A stretch of DNA of 29,828 nt from Bacteroidales bacterium (GTDB taxonomy: Bacteria; Bacteroidota; Bacteroidia; Bacteroidales; UBA7960): contig SLNX01000186.1 of NCBI GenBank assembly GCA_007132825.1, forward strand, positions 1 through 29,828, given 5' to 3'. The notes below the pieces were generated by a model. That model did not search any database. It worked only from the letters and a program-made list of their open reading frames with translations, and was not told the DNA's origin. The translations under genes were made by a program, and so were the position numbers. Below, in pieces: positions 16,934-25,806 of this stretch. Each line of letters starts with the position of its first letter. Position 1 is the first letter of the stretch.

Positions 16934-18549
16934 ATACCGTTAATCTCAGGCTTAATAATGGTTTTGAATGGGTGACATCGAAAAATATCACCTTTAAGGG
17001 GTATTTGTTTGACAACGATGGGCATTTCCTGACTCCTGATGAGGCAGTAAGCCTGTTTCAAACTGTTGATGGAATGGCTTTGCTTGAAGAGGTTTTGAAG
17101 CAAATTGACGGCATTTTCAGTCTCATCATTGATCTGCCGGAGGGCACGTTAATCGCAACCGATCCGATCGGGGGATTTCCGTTGCTTTATACCCGGGCTG
17201 GCACTGGATGGCAGGTTTCGGATGATGCCGGTGTTTTCGCCAGACAGGATAGAGCGTGGTCCTTTAATGAGGATGCGCAACCGGAATTCCTTGCTGCAGG
17301 ATTTGTTCTGGGTAACGAAACACTGGTTCAGGAGATTCATCGAACGCAGGCCGGAGAGATTCTCTTTCTTCATCATAATAAAAAAATAGAGCAGAAAACC
17401 TATTATTGGTTTCTGCCTGAATATTTCACAAACAGGTCAAAAACCCGGCTTAAGCATGACTTAAAAGATGTATTTCAAAATGTTACCACACGTCTGATTG
17501 ATTCTTTGCAGGGAAAAGCTGCAATTGTTCCTCTAAGTGGCGGGTACGATTCGCGACTGATCGCCTGCATGTTAAAGAAAGCAGATTATGATCAGGTGGT
17601 CTGTTTTACTTACGGGAAGTCTAACAAAGAGTCTGAAGTCAGTAAAAAAGTGGCTGAAGCACTAGGTTTTCAGTGGATTTTTGTCGATTACAATGATATT
17701 GACATTCAAGGTTTAACAAAAGATCCTGTTTTTTTGGATTATTGCAGTTATGTTGGAAACATCAGTTCGATGCCCTATCTTCAGGAATATTTTGCGGTTA
17801 AACATTTGAAGGAACACAAGTTGATACCTGAAGACAGCATTTATATTCCCGGGCACATTGGAGACAACATCGCCGGAAGTTATGTAGAAAAGACCATAAG
17901 AACCGGTGGCAATCATCCATGCAACAGCAGCAGTGATATCAGAAAAGGATATTTCAATTTTTTACACCTGTCAGCCGATCAGAAATCAATCATCGATTTA
18001 AGGCTTGAAAAATGGTTTCATTCATATGATCCTCCCGGTTATGTATCTGACAATTGTTATGATTCGACCACCGAGGACTGGGCACTGAAAGAGCGGCTGA
18101 GTAAGTTCATCTTCAATTCAGCTGGTGTGTTTTCCTTTTTCGGCTATCAGTGCCGATTCCCTTTGTTTGACGATGAGTTCCGAAACTTCTTCAGAACACT
18201 TCCCTACGCATTTCGAAAGCACAAGGCTTTGTATGATGAGGTTCTATCAGAGGCGTTTTTTAATCCAATGGGGGTTCACTTTCCTGAGGATGGTATGACG
18301 AAAAAGCCATTGCGTTTTAAAAACATAAAGGATAAAATAAGGTTCATGGTACCTTATGCGATCTTAAAGAACCGCCTCAGGAAGCGTGACTATATTTGTT
18401 ATCAAAGGTTTACTGAAGAAATGATAAAAGACCTGAGTGTGCAAGGTGTGAAAATGCCTAAGAAGATCAACAGTTACAATGCGCTGATCTGTTTGTGGTA
18501 CAGCCATCTGATAAAACGAAATCTGACGGACAGGGATCTGTCAAACTGA
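16930..18549 (+). CDS. Asparagine-synthase-like ATP-dependent amide ligase without the N-terminal Cys
   Basis: IDGIFSLII and TDPIGGFPLLY (Ntn-like remnants), plus the PP-loop PLSGGYDSR. The protein starts MNTVNL rather than MC. ATGA overlap with the GT4 gene. Confidence 0.82.
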   Translation: MNTVNLRLNNGFEWVTSKNITFKGYLFDNDGHFLTPDEAVSLFQTVDGMALLEEVLKQIDGIFSLIIDLPEGTLIATDPIGGFPLLYTRAGTGWQVSDDAGVFARQDRAWSFNEDAQPEFLAAGFVLGNETLVQEIHRTQAGEILFLHHNKKIEQKTYYWFLPEYFTNRSKTRLKHDLKDVFQNVTTRLIDSLQGKAAIVPLSGGYDSRLIACMLKKADYDQVVCFTYGKSNKESEVSKKVAEALGFQWIFVDYNDIDIQGLTKDPVFLDYCSYVGNISSMPYLQEYFAVKHLKEHKLIPEDSIYIPGHIGDNIAGSYVEKTIRTGGNHPCNSSSDIRKGYFNFLHLSADQKSIIDLRLEKWFHSYDPPGYVSDNCYDSTTEDWALKERLSKFIFNSAGVFSFFGYQCRFPLFDDEFRNFFRTLPYAFRKHKALYDEVLSEAFFNPMGVHFPEDGMTKKPLRFKNIKDKIRFMVPYAILKNRLRKRDYICYQRFTEEMIKDLSVQGVKMPKKINSYNALICLWYSHLIKRNLTDRDLSN

Positions 18550-18552
18550 TAA

Positions 18553-19101
18553 TCATTCAGCAATTCGACCTTCAAAAGACTCGATAAAATCCTGCAGGTT
18601 GGGGTTTTCCTTAAAAACGTCGTCTTTGAAGAATGTAAGTACTGCTTCCATATTTTTGGGTGGTCTGAAACCCGGAATGGCCGTAACAAGCTGCATTTCC
18701 TCATTAAAGAAAGCAACGGAGGGATAGCTCATCTGACCCTGCAGCAGGGCAATTGCAAAGTTGTGTGTTGCCCGCCGCTGTCCGATGTTTTCGTTTTCAT
18801 AGGTCACCCCCTGGAAAACAATGGGTTCTTCCTGTTCGGCATTCAGCTTTACCGGATAAAAGTGTGTGTTTAGCATTTCAGCAATTTGAGGATGGGAGAA
18901 CGTTTCCGATTCCATCCGGCGGCACCAGCCACACCAGTCGGTATACACATCAACAAAAATTTTCCTGGGCTCTTCATTGAACTTTTCCTGCGCTTCCTCA
19001 ATTGTAAGCCAATTCACTTTGGTATGATCGGAAGCATTAACACCTGACTTCCCAGCTATTAAAACAAAAACCAAAATCAATGCAATCTGATACAGTCTCA
19101 T
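18553..19101 (-). CDS. Exported thioredoxin-fold protein (DUF255-like)
   Basis: Signal-peptide-like N-terminus, VDVYTDWCGWCRRM and cis-Pro motif SYPS. The track's TTG start at 19125 lies inside a promoter box. Confidence 0.85.
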   Translation of the reverse strand: MRLYQIALILVFVLIAGKSGVNASDHTKVNWLTIEEAQEKFNEEPRKIFVDVYTDWCGWCRRMESETFSHPQIAEMLNTHFYPVKLNAEQEEPIVFQGVTYENENIGQRRATHNFAIALLQGQMSYPSVAFFNEEMQLVTAIPGFRPPKNMEAVLTFFKDDVFKENPNLQDFIESFEGRIAE

Positions 19102-19122
19102 AATATATTTTTTTGTGTTTTG

Positions 19123-19196
19123 CAAAAGTATGTAATTCTTTGAGAATACATCAACAAAGATAACAAGTGTACAATGGATATTGTTTGCTAACTTTG
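19123..19196. promoter_or_regulatory. Divergent promoter region with three -7 boxes
   Basis: Minus strand: TACTTTTG at 19123-19130 and TATCTTTG at 19155-19162. Plus strand: TAACTTTG at 19189-19196. Confidence 0.6.
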
Positions 19197-19216
19197 TCTT
19201 TTGTTTAAATAACCGG

Positions 19217-20440
19217 ATGTTTTTCAGAAAAGGTAAGGTTCATGCTGTTTCGCCGGGCACGATTGCTTGGCAAAGGTTCAGGCGTATTCCAACTGCAATG
19301 GCTGGTCTGGTATGGATTATGGCAGCGGCATTTCTTGCCATTTTTGGCTATCTGATCATACCCGACTCCACCCCATATGCAAATCACCAACAGTTGGAGC
19401 TGGCCACACATCCGCCAGGATCACGAATGGAAATATTAAAGGTCACCCGCAACCAGCCTTATGAAGCGCCAGGGATTTTAAACCGGATAATTTTCGGAGT
19501 GCCCAAGGCGTATAATACCATTCCAGTTCAGCAATGGTGGTTTGAAAAAGACATACTGCACTACGAAACTTATCCGGGACAGGAGGGATTTCCCGGCCTT
19601 GAAGGGTATTTTTCACTCGCTGATGTGCTTTATGCGCTAGACACATCATTCGATATCAAAAAAGAGGATGGTTTTCTGACCTTCCGTGATATTGATGGAA
19701 ATTTGCATACCAGGTCCATTGCTGAATTGCAGGCTCTTGCGGCACAGGATCACATTCGTGAACAGCTATTTCTTTTGGGCACGGATCGTTTCGGCCGCGA
19801 CATGCTCAGCCAGCTTGTGATCGGCACCCGTGTATCGTTGTCAGTGGGGTTCATCGCGGTGTTTATCTCGTTAGTGATTGGGATCACGCTTGGCAGCCTG
19901 GCGGGCTTTTTCAGGGGGCGTCTGGATCAGATCATACTTTGGCTGGTCAACGTGGTTTGGTCGATCCCGACATTGCTGCTTGCCATTGCTATCACTTTCG
20001 CTTTAGGGAAAGGATTTTGGCAGGTTTTCGTGGCCGTTGGCCTGACGATGTGGGTTGAGGTGGCGCGTCTGGTTCGTGGTCAGGTGATCAGCATCCGGGA
20101 AAACGAACATGTTGAAGCCGCCAGGGCACTCGGGCTAAGCAGTTTTCGAATCATCCGGCGACATATACTGCCGATTACGACAGGTCCTGTAATTATCATT
20201 TCAGCAGCAAATTTTGCTTCAGCCATTCTCATCGAGGCGGGTCTGAGCTTTCTTGGGATTGGTGTACAGCCACCTATGCCTTCCTGGGGTTCGATGATCA
20301 GGGAACACTACGGTTACATAATTCTCGACAAGGGTTATCTGGCATTCCTGCCCGGACTGGCGATTATGCTGATGGTGCTTGCATTTATGCTGCTAGGCAA
20401 TGGGTTGCGGGATGCACTTGACAAAAGTGCGCAAGACTAA
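19217..20440 (+). CDS. DppC/OppC-type ABC permease with a large insertion (407 aa)
   Basis: LLGTDRFGRDMLSQLVIGTRVSL, EAA loop EHVEAARALG, EAGLSFLGIG and PSWGSMI. Confidence 0.9.
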   Translation: MFFRKGKVHAVSPGTIAWQRFRRIPTAMAGLVWIMAAAFLAIFGYLIIPDSTPYANHQQLELATHPPGSRMEILKVTRNQPYEAPGILNRIIFGVPKAYNTIPVQQWWFEKDILHYETYPGQEGFPGLEGYFSLADVLYALDTSFDIKKEDGFLTFRDIDGNLHTRSIAELQALAAQDHIREQLFLLGTDRFGRDMLSQLVIGTRVSLSVGFIAVFISLVIGITLGSLAGFFRGRLDQIILWLVNVVWSIPTLLLAIAITFALGKGFWQVFVAVGLTMWVEVARLVRGQVISIRENEHVEAARALGLSSFRIIRRHILPITTGPVIIISAANFASAILIEAGLSFLGIGVQPPMPSWGSMIREHYGYIILDKGYLAFLPGLAIMLMVLAFMLLGNGLRDALDKSAQD

Positions 20441-20452
20441 AAGATAAATTTA

Positions 20453-21097
20453 TCAGGGTGCTTTCTTTTTAAGCATTGGGACAAAGCGAAAATATCCAAA
20501 CTCCTGCTTTTCAAGGTTGTCGTCATTATGCTTAATGATTCGTGTCATCACCTGTGTATCTCCAGCACCCAGGGGAAGGACCAGCATCCCCCCGATCTTT
20601 AACTGATTGACCAGATCTGCAGGAACAACGGGTGCTGCTGCGGTGATCAGAATGCGATCAAAAGGTGCAAATGCAGGTAGTCCTTTATAGCCATCGCCAT
20701 AAAACAATTTGGCTTTGTAATTCATTTCATTCAAGAGCTTTTTTGTTTTGATGAATAGGGTATGATGCCGTTCGATGCTGTAAACACGTGCACCCATCTC
20801 CTCCAGAATACAGGCCTGATAGCCGCTTCCTGTGCCCACTTCCAAAACCTTCAACCCCTTCTCAACCAACAGCAGCTCCGATTGAAAGGCTACAGTGTAA
20901 GGCTGACTGATGGTCTGACCTGAGCCAATGGGAAACGGTTTGTCCTGATAGGCAATTTCAACAAATGAAGAATCAAGGAAAAAGTGTCTGGGAACAGCCT
21001 CAAGCGCAGCGAGAACGCCATCATCACGGATTCCTTTGGATTTAACCTCCTCAACAAGCTTCCTTCTGAGTCCTTTGTGACGGTATGTGTCTTTCAT
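20453..21097 (-). CDS. pcm: Protein-L-isoaspartate O-methyltransferase
   Basis: VPRHFF, GQTISQPYTVA, VLEVGTGSGYQ, YSIER, YGDGYKG and APFDRILITAA. Confidence 0.95.
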   Translation of the reverse strand: MKDTYRHKGLRRKLVEEVKSKGIRDDGVLAALEAVPRHFFLDSSFVEIAYQDKPFPIGSGQTISQPYTVAFQSELLLVEKGLKVLEVGTGSGYQACILEEMGARVYSIERHHTLFIKTKKLLNEMNYKAKLFYGDGYKGLPAFAPFDRILITAAAPVVPADLVNQLKIGGMLVLPLGAGDTQVMTRIIKHNDDNLEKQEFGYFRFVPMLKKKAP

Positions 21098-21188
21098 GGT
21101 GTTTGGATGAAAAAGTCAAAAACGATCCTGCATGGTCATGCGAAAATACGTTTACGAAAATAATCAATTCAGTCAGGATAAAAAATTT

Positions 21189-21196
21189 TACTTTTG
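21189..21196 (+). promoter_or_regulatory. -7 box TACTTTTG for the oxidoreductase
   Basis: Exact match 39 nt upstream of ATG 21236. Confidence 0.6.
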
Positions 21197-21235
21197 TCAT
21201 CAATACAAAAACATTTACCAAAACACACATTAATC

Positions 21236-22225
21236 ATGCAAAAAAGAATAGGTGTATTAGGTGCAGGCCATCTTGGGAAAATTCACATAAAATGTATCCT
21301 GGCATCAGACAAATTTCAACTGGTTGGTTTTTATGATCCGGACTCAGAAACGGCAGAAGCGGTTGCACAATCTTTCGGGATCAAGCGCTTTGGCTCTGAC
21401 GATGAACTTATTGAGGCAAGTGAGATTGTTGACATTGTTACCCCTACATTGTCTCATTATGACTGTGCCTCCAAAGCCCTGAAGCATTCACGGCATGTAT
21501 TTATTGAAAAGCCTTTGACCACTACACTTTACGAAGCAAAAAAGCTGATTGAGCTGGCGGAAGAGGCAAATGTAAAAGTGCAGGTAGGCCACGTAGAGCG
21601 TTTTAATCCGGCATTTATGGCCGCCAAGCCATACCTGAATAACCCAATGTTCATTGAAGCACACCGGCTGGGACAATTCAATCCCAGGGGCACGGATGTT
21701 CCCGTTATCCTTGACCTGATGATCCACGACATCGATATTATTCTCAGTGTAGTGAACTCTGGAGTGAAAAAGATCTCAGCCAGTGGTGTTTCAGTGGTTT
21801 CAGACACGCCCGACATCGCCAATGCCCGAATTGAGTTCAATAATGGATGTGTGGCAAATCTGACTGCAAGCAGGATCTCAATGAAAAACATGCGCAAAAC
21901 AAGATTCTTCCAGCACGAAGGGTATATTGCGGTTGATTTCCTCAAAAAGGAAACACAGATCATACGAATGAAAGACATCGGTGCCAGCCCCGACCCCCTT
22001 GCCATGATCATCGATATGGGACCAGAAAAGAACCAAAAACAAATTTATGTTGAGAAACCTGAGATCAAGTCAATCAATGCCATCAAAACCGAACTCGAGA
22101 CCTTCCACGAATCGATACAGGGCAACACAGAACCTTTGGTTACCATAATGGATGGTTATGCTTCACTGGATTTAGCCTATCAGATCATGGAAAAGATTGA
22201 AACCAATGTGAAGCTTATGGGCTAG
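21236..22225 (+). CDS. Gfo/Idh/MocA NAD-dependent oxidoreductase, GnnA/WbpB-like (329 aa)
   Basis: GAGHLG Rossmann motif, FIEKP, QVGHVERFNPA and RGTDVPVILDLMIHDIDI. Confidence 0.88.
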   Translation: MQKRIGVLGAGHLGKIHIKCILASDKFQLVGFYDPDSETAEAVAQSFGIKRFGSDDELIEASEIVDIVTPTLSHYDCASKALKHSRHVFIEKPLTTTLYEAKKLIELAEEANVKVQVGHVERFNPAFMAAKPYLNNPMFIEAHRLGQFNPRGTDVPVILDLMIHDIDIILSVVNSGVKKISASGVSVVSDTPDIANARIEFNNGCVANLTASRISMKNMRKTRFFQHEGYIAVDFLKKETQIIRMKDIGASPDPLAMIIDMGPEKNQKQIYVEKPEIKSINAIKTELETFHESIQGNTEPLVTIMDGYASLDLAYQIMEKIETNVKLMG

Positions 22226-22273
22226 ATGGCAAAGCTGCCAGCTCAATATGCGTTTTTCCCAATGACCTCACAA

Positions 22274-22281
22274 TATGTTTG
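22274..22281 (+). promoter_or_regulatory. -7 box TATGTTTG for the sugar transferase
   Basis: Exact match 110 nt upstream of ATG 22392. Confidence 0.45.
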
Positions 22282-22391
22282 CAGTGGCAACGTTATCAAT
22301 TATATTTTCCAGCCTTTCAGACCAAAACAACACAACGGGATTTCAGCATTTCCGCGGTTCAATGCAAAGGCTTGCAAACGAATAAGACTCA

Positions 22392-23816
22392 ATGGATAAA
22401 CGGCTACAAAAGATCGAATTGATCAAATTCGTCTTTTTCGATTTCCTGGCATCTGCATTGACATGGTTTTTATTTGTCAATATCTTAAGTGCAAACAATG
22501 GTTTTGCCTTTAACAGGATTAAAGAGCAAATCTTCGTGCAGGAGAACCTGCTATTTGGCCTTGTGATCATTCCCTCGTTCTGGATGCTGCTATACTATCT
22601 GAGTGGCTCATACAAGTCCATTTTCAGGCGATCCCGTTTGGGACAGTTCGGGCAAACGGTTTTTATTTCTGTTATTGGTGTTTTGGTTATTTATTTCGTG
22701 ATTTTATTGGATCAGGAGGTAACAGCAACCAAAGGCTATTATCAGTCGCTCATTCTCTACTTTGTACTTCACGTTTTTATTACCGCATTGTTCCGCTTTA
22801 TATTGTCGACAAGGATTATCAGAAAGATCCACACCAGAAAGATCGGCTTCAACACAATCATTATTGGAAGTCAGAAACGGGCCATTGAGATCGCAAAAGA
22901 GCTGGAGTCACAAAAGCATTCATCAGGGAACAAACTGATTGGCTTTGTTACTGTGCAGGAGTATGACAGTTATCCGCTCGAATTGCTTCTGCCTAACCTG
23001 GGCAGTATTGAACAGGTAAAGGATATCATTGAAAAGCACGAGGTTGAAGAGGCAATCATCGCACTGGAGTCGAGGGAGAATAAAAAGATCGGTAAGATCC
23101 TTACCGATCTGTATTCAACTGACATACTTGTAAAAATCATCCCGGAGATGCACGATATTTTATTGGGATCTGTTAAGATGACCTCTATTTTCGGCACTCC
23201 GCTGATTCAGATCCAGGCCGGTTTGATGCCTCCCTGGCAACAAACCATCAAAAGGTTCTTTGACATCGTGGTTTCCGTCTGCTGCCTTGTTTTGCTGTCG
23301 CCCGTATTTCTGGTAACTGCAATTATTGTCAAGGTAACCTCAAAAGGGCCTGTTTTCTATAAGCACGAGCGCATCGGACGCTATGGAAAACCTTTCATGA
23401 TGCATAAATTCCGTTCGATGTATGTAGATGCCGAGAAAAACGGGCCGCAACTTTCTTGCGAAAACGATCCCCGGATCACCCGTTTTGGCAGATTCATGCG
23501 TAAAGTACGTCTTGATGAGATCCCCCAGTTTTACAACGTGCTGCTGGGCTATATGTCGCTGGTAGGTCCGCGTCCGGAGCGGCAATTTTACATCGATCAG
23601 ATTGTGGAAAAAGCACCGGAATACAAGCTGCTGCAACGAATCAAGCCTGGAGTAACAAGCTGGGGACAGGTTAAGTATGGATATGCTGAGAATGTGGATG
23701 AAATGATTGAAAGGCTTAAGTATGACCTGCTCTACCTGGAGAACATGTCGCTGGCAGTAGACTTTAAGATACTTATATACACGGCACTAATTATAGCACA
23801 AGGGCGCGGCAAATGA
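22392..23816 (+). CDS. Polyprenyl-phosphate glycosylphosphotransferase (WcaJ/WbaP-type initiating transferase)
   Basis: N-terminal TM bundle, Rossmann-like middle domain, and C-terminal PGT motifs KRFFDIVVS, KFRSM, RLDEIPQFYNVL, MSLVGPRPE and KPGVTSWGQV. Confidence 0.93.
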   Translation: MDKRLQKIELIKFVFFDFLASALTWFLFVNILSANNGFAFNRIKEQIFVQENLLFGLVIIPSFWMLLYYLSGSYKSIFRRSRLGQFGQTVFISVIGVLVIYFVILLDQEVTATKGYYQSLILYFVLHVFITALFRFILSTRIIRKIHTRKIGFNTIIIGSQKRAIEIAKELESQKHSSGNKLIGFVTVQEYDSYPLELLLPNLGSIEQVKDIIEKHEVEEAIIALESRENKKIGKILTDLYSTDILVKIIPEMHDILLGSVKMTSIFGTPLIQIQAGLMPPWQQTIKRFFDIVVSVCCLVLLSPVFLVTAIIVKVTSKGPVFYKHERIGRYGKPFMMHKFRSMYVDAEKNGPQLSCENDPRITRFGRFMRKVRLDEIPQFYNVLLGYMSLVGPRPERQFYIDQIVEKAPEYKLLQRIKPGVTSWGQVKYGYAENVDEMIERLKYDLLYLENMSLAVDFKILIYTALIIAQGRGK

Positions 23817-23824
23817 TTCAGTCA

Positions 23825-24433
23825 CTACAATTGATCCGCCTCTATCATCTGAACAATCTCCTCAATCATCCTGTCCGACCCATACGGGTCATATTCTGTT
23901 CTCAGGTTTAAGCCAAAAAGCCTGCTGAGCGATTGCCAGAATATGGCAGAAAAGTTTCCCCGGTAATCTTTAAGGATCTCATAAGTGGTATGGCGGGTTT
24001 CCCTGTCTATCAATTTAATCAGGATGAATCCCTGTGTTACGGTAAGGCGCCGAAGATCGTCCTCAAGCTCCTCCCGGATTGCCCTCTCCATCTCCCGGGT
24101 AAACCTGCGCCGTTCCCTGTCGCTTTCAAGAGACATAATATACTCACCATACTCCTCAAACATTTCACCGGCCAGTTTTGCAAAAGGGTATGCAGCTTTC
24201 ACATTGCGAACCAACCTATTGTATCGCCAGGCTTCCAGCCTGCTGTCAAACACACGGGGGGCGACAACATCGAAAGGCTCCAGCTCTATTAACAACAGCG
24301 TGTCTCCATTCTCAACACGTGCAGTTACTGTCTTTCCCGATACAGGCTTTTGCTGTCCGGGATCTGAAGCAAAAGCTACAACAGGGAACAGGGTAAAACA
24401 GACCAGGCATACTATAGCACGAGCAGGGTTCAT
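23825..24433 (-). CDS. DUF4294-family exported protein
   Basis: Signal-peptide-like start, YNRLVRNVKAAYPFAK, QGFILIKLIDRET and FWQSLSRLFGLNLRTEYDP. Confidence 0.75.
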   Translation of the reverse strand: MNPARAIVCLVCFTLFPVVAFASDPGQQKPVSGKTVTARVENGDTLLLIELEPFDVVAPRVFDSRLEAWRYNRLVRNVKAAYPFAKLAGEMFEEYGEYIMSLESDRERRRFTREMERAIREELEDDLRRLTVTQGFILIKLIDRETRHTTYEILKDYRGNFSAIFWQSLSRLFGLNLRTEYDPYGSDRMIEEIVQMIEADQL

Positions 24434-24529
24434 AGGAGTCGTTACGATTAAATGGTATCCAAAACCATCTTTATCATCAAAACGACTTAAATTACTAAAT
24501 ATTTTTCAGATTTGCAAATGACCGGCCGC

Positions 24530-25795
24530 TCAGGATGCAACTCTAAGCCGTCCGGGTTCCGCTTTATCGATACGCTGTCTTGCGTATTCGAGGGTCAGAT
24601 GAAAAGTTTCCGCTCTATCCTCTGATGAGGGGATCTCATACATGGCATCCAGCATGACCAGTTCACAGATGGAACGCAAACCCCGGGCACCCAACTTAAA
24701 CTCCACCGCTTTATCAACAATATAGTCGAGCACATCGTCATCAATCACCAGCTTCATATTATCCATCTCAAACAGTTTTACATACTGTTTCACCAAAGAG
24801 TTTTTCGGTTCAGTAAGAATCTGCCGCAATGCATCGCGATCGAGCGGATTCAGGTAGGTAAGCACGGGCATGCGGCCTACAAGCTCTGGGATCAGGCCAA
24901 AGCTTTTCAGGTCTTGTGGTGCAATATATTGGAGGATATTATCCCGGTCGATGCGTCCGGTTTTGGCAGCGCCGTAACCGATGGCATTGGCCTGCATGCG
25001 CGCCATGATCCTTTTCTCGATACCATCAAAGGCACCTCCGCAAATGAAAAGGATGTTCTGCGTGTTCACCTGGATCATTTTCTGCTCAGGGTGCTTCCTG
25101 CCGCCCTGTGGCGGCACATTCACAATGGCTCCCTCCAGAAGCTTCAGGAGTGCCTGCTGCACACCTTCACCCGAAACATCCCTTGTAATCGAAGGATTGT
25201 CGCTTTTGCGGGCAATCTTATCCACCTCATCAATAAAAACAATGCCCCGCTCAGCAGCAGCCACATCATAATCGGCAACCTGCAACAGGCGCACCAGGAT
25301 ACTTTCCACATCTTCACCCACATAACCCGCTTCAGTGAGTACTGTGGCATCGGCAATGCAGAACGGAACCTTCATCTTTTTCGCAATGGTTCTTGCCATC
25401 AAAGTTTTACCGGTTCCCGTTTCCCCAACCATCACGATATTCGACTTCTCAAGCTCAACACCATCCACATCATCACTGCCGGGAGGTGTGTGGTTGATAC
25501 GCTTGTAATGGTTGTAAACGGCAACCGACAAAACTTTTTTAGCATCTTCCTGGCCAATCACATATTGGTCGAGGTGCTTTTTGATCTCCGAAGGCTTAAA
25601 AAGCTTGAATGAGGGGATTTTGGCCTTCTCGAACCGCGACTTTTCCTCCTGTACAATCTGAGACGCCTGGTCCACACAACGTTCGCAGATATGCGCATCA
25701 ATACCGGAAATGAGCATATCCACATTTTCACCTTCGCGGCCACAAAAAGCGCACTTCCTGGTATCTTTTGGAGTATTTCCCGATCGCTTTGCCAT
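24530..25795 (-). CDS. clpX: ATP-dependent Clp protease ATP-binding subunit ClpX
   Basis: Zn finger CAFC...[20 protein letters not shown] and [14 protein letters not shown]. Confidence 0.98.
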   Translation of the reverse strand: MAKRSGNTPKDTRKCAFCGREGENVDMLISGIDAHICERCVDQASQIVQEEKSRFEKAKIPSFKLFKPSEIKKHLDQYVIGQEDAKKVLSVAVYNHYKRINHTPPGSDDVDGVELEKSNIVMVGETGTGKTLMARTIAKKMKVPFCIADATVLTEAGYVGEDVESILVRLLQVADYDVAAAERGIVFIDEVDKIARKSDNPSITRDVSGEGVQQALLKLLEGAIVNVPPQGGRKHPEQKMIQVNTQNILFICGGAFDGIEKRIMARMQANAIGYGAAKTGRIDRDNILQYIAPQDLKSFGLIPELVGRMPVLTYLNPLDRDALRQILTEPKNSLVKQYVKLFEMDNMKLVIDDDVLDYIVDKAVEFKLGARGLRSICELVMLDAMYEIPSSEDRAETFHLTLEYARQRIDKAEPGRLRVAS

Positions 25796-25806
25796 CACTG
25801 ATTCCG

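Noticed and set aside
11469-18549. Glycan cluster as a genomic island integrated at tRNA-His
   Set aside because: There is no integrase, I saw no duplicated tRNA 3' end, and the cluster lies on the tRNA's 5' side. Horizontal origin is not excluded but is unsupported.
2408-21235. Longer N-termini in the ORF track for lpxD, efp, ccmB, GT4, thioredoxin, dppC and the oxidoreductase
   Set aside because: The extensions overlap promoter boxes or neighbouring genes and precede the family-typical first residues, so I used downstream ATGs.
22362-22385. uORF MQRLANE* in frame just upstream of the sugar transferase
   Set aside because: Only seven codons, with no attenuator structure or informative codon bias; expected by chance.
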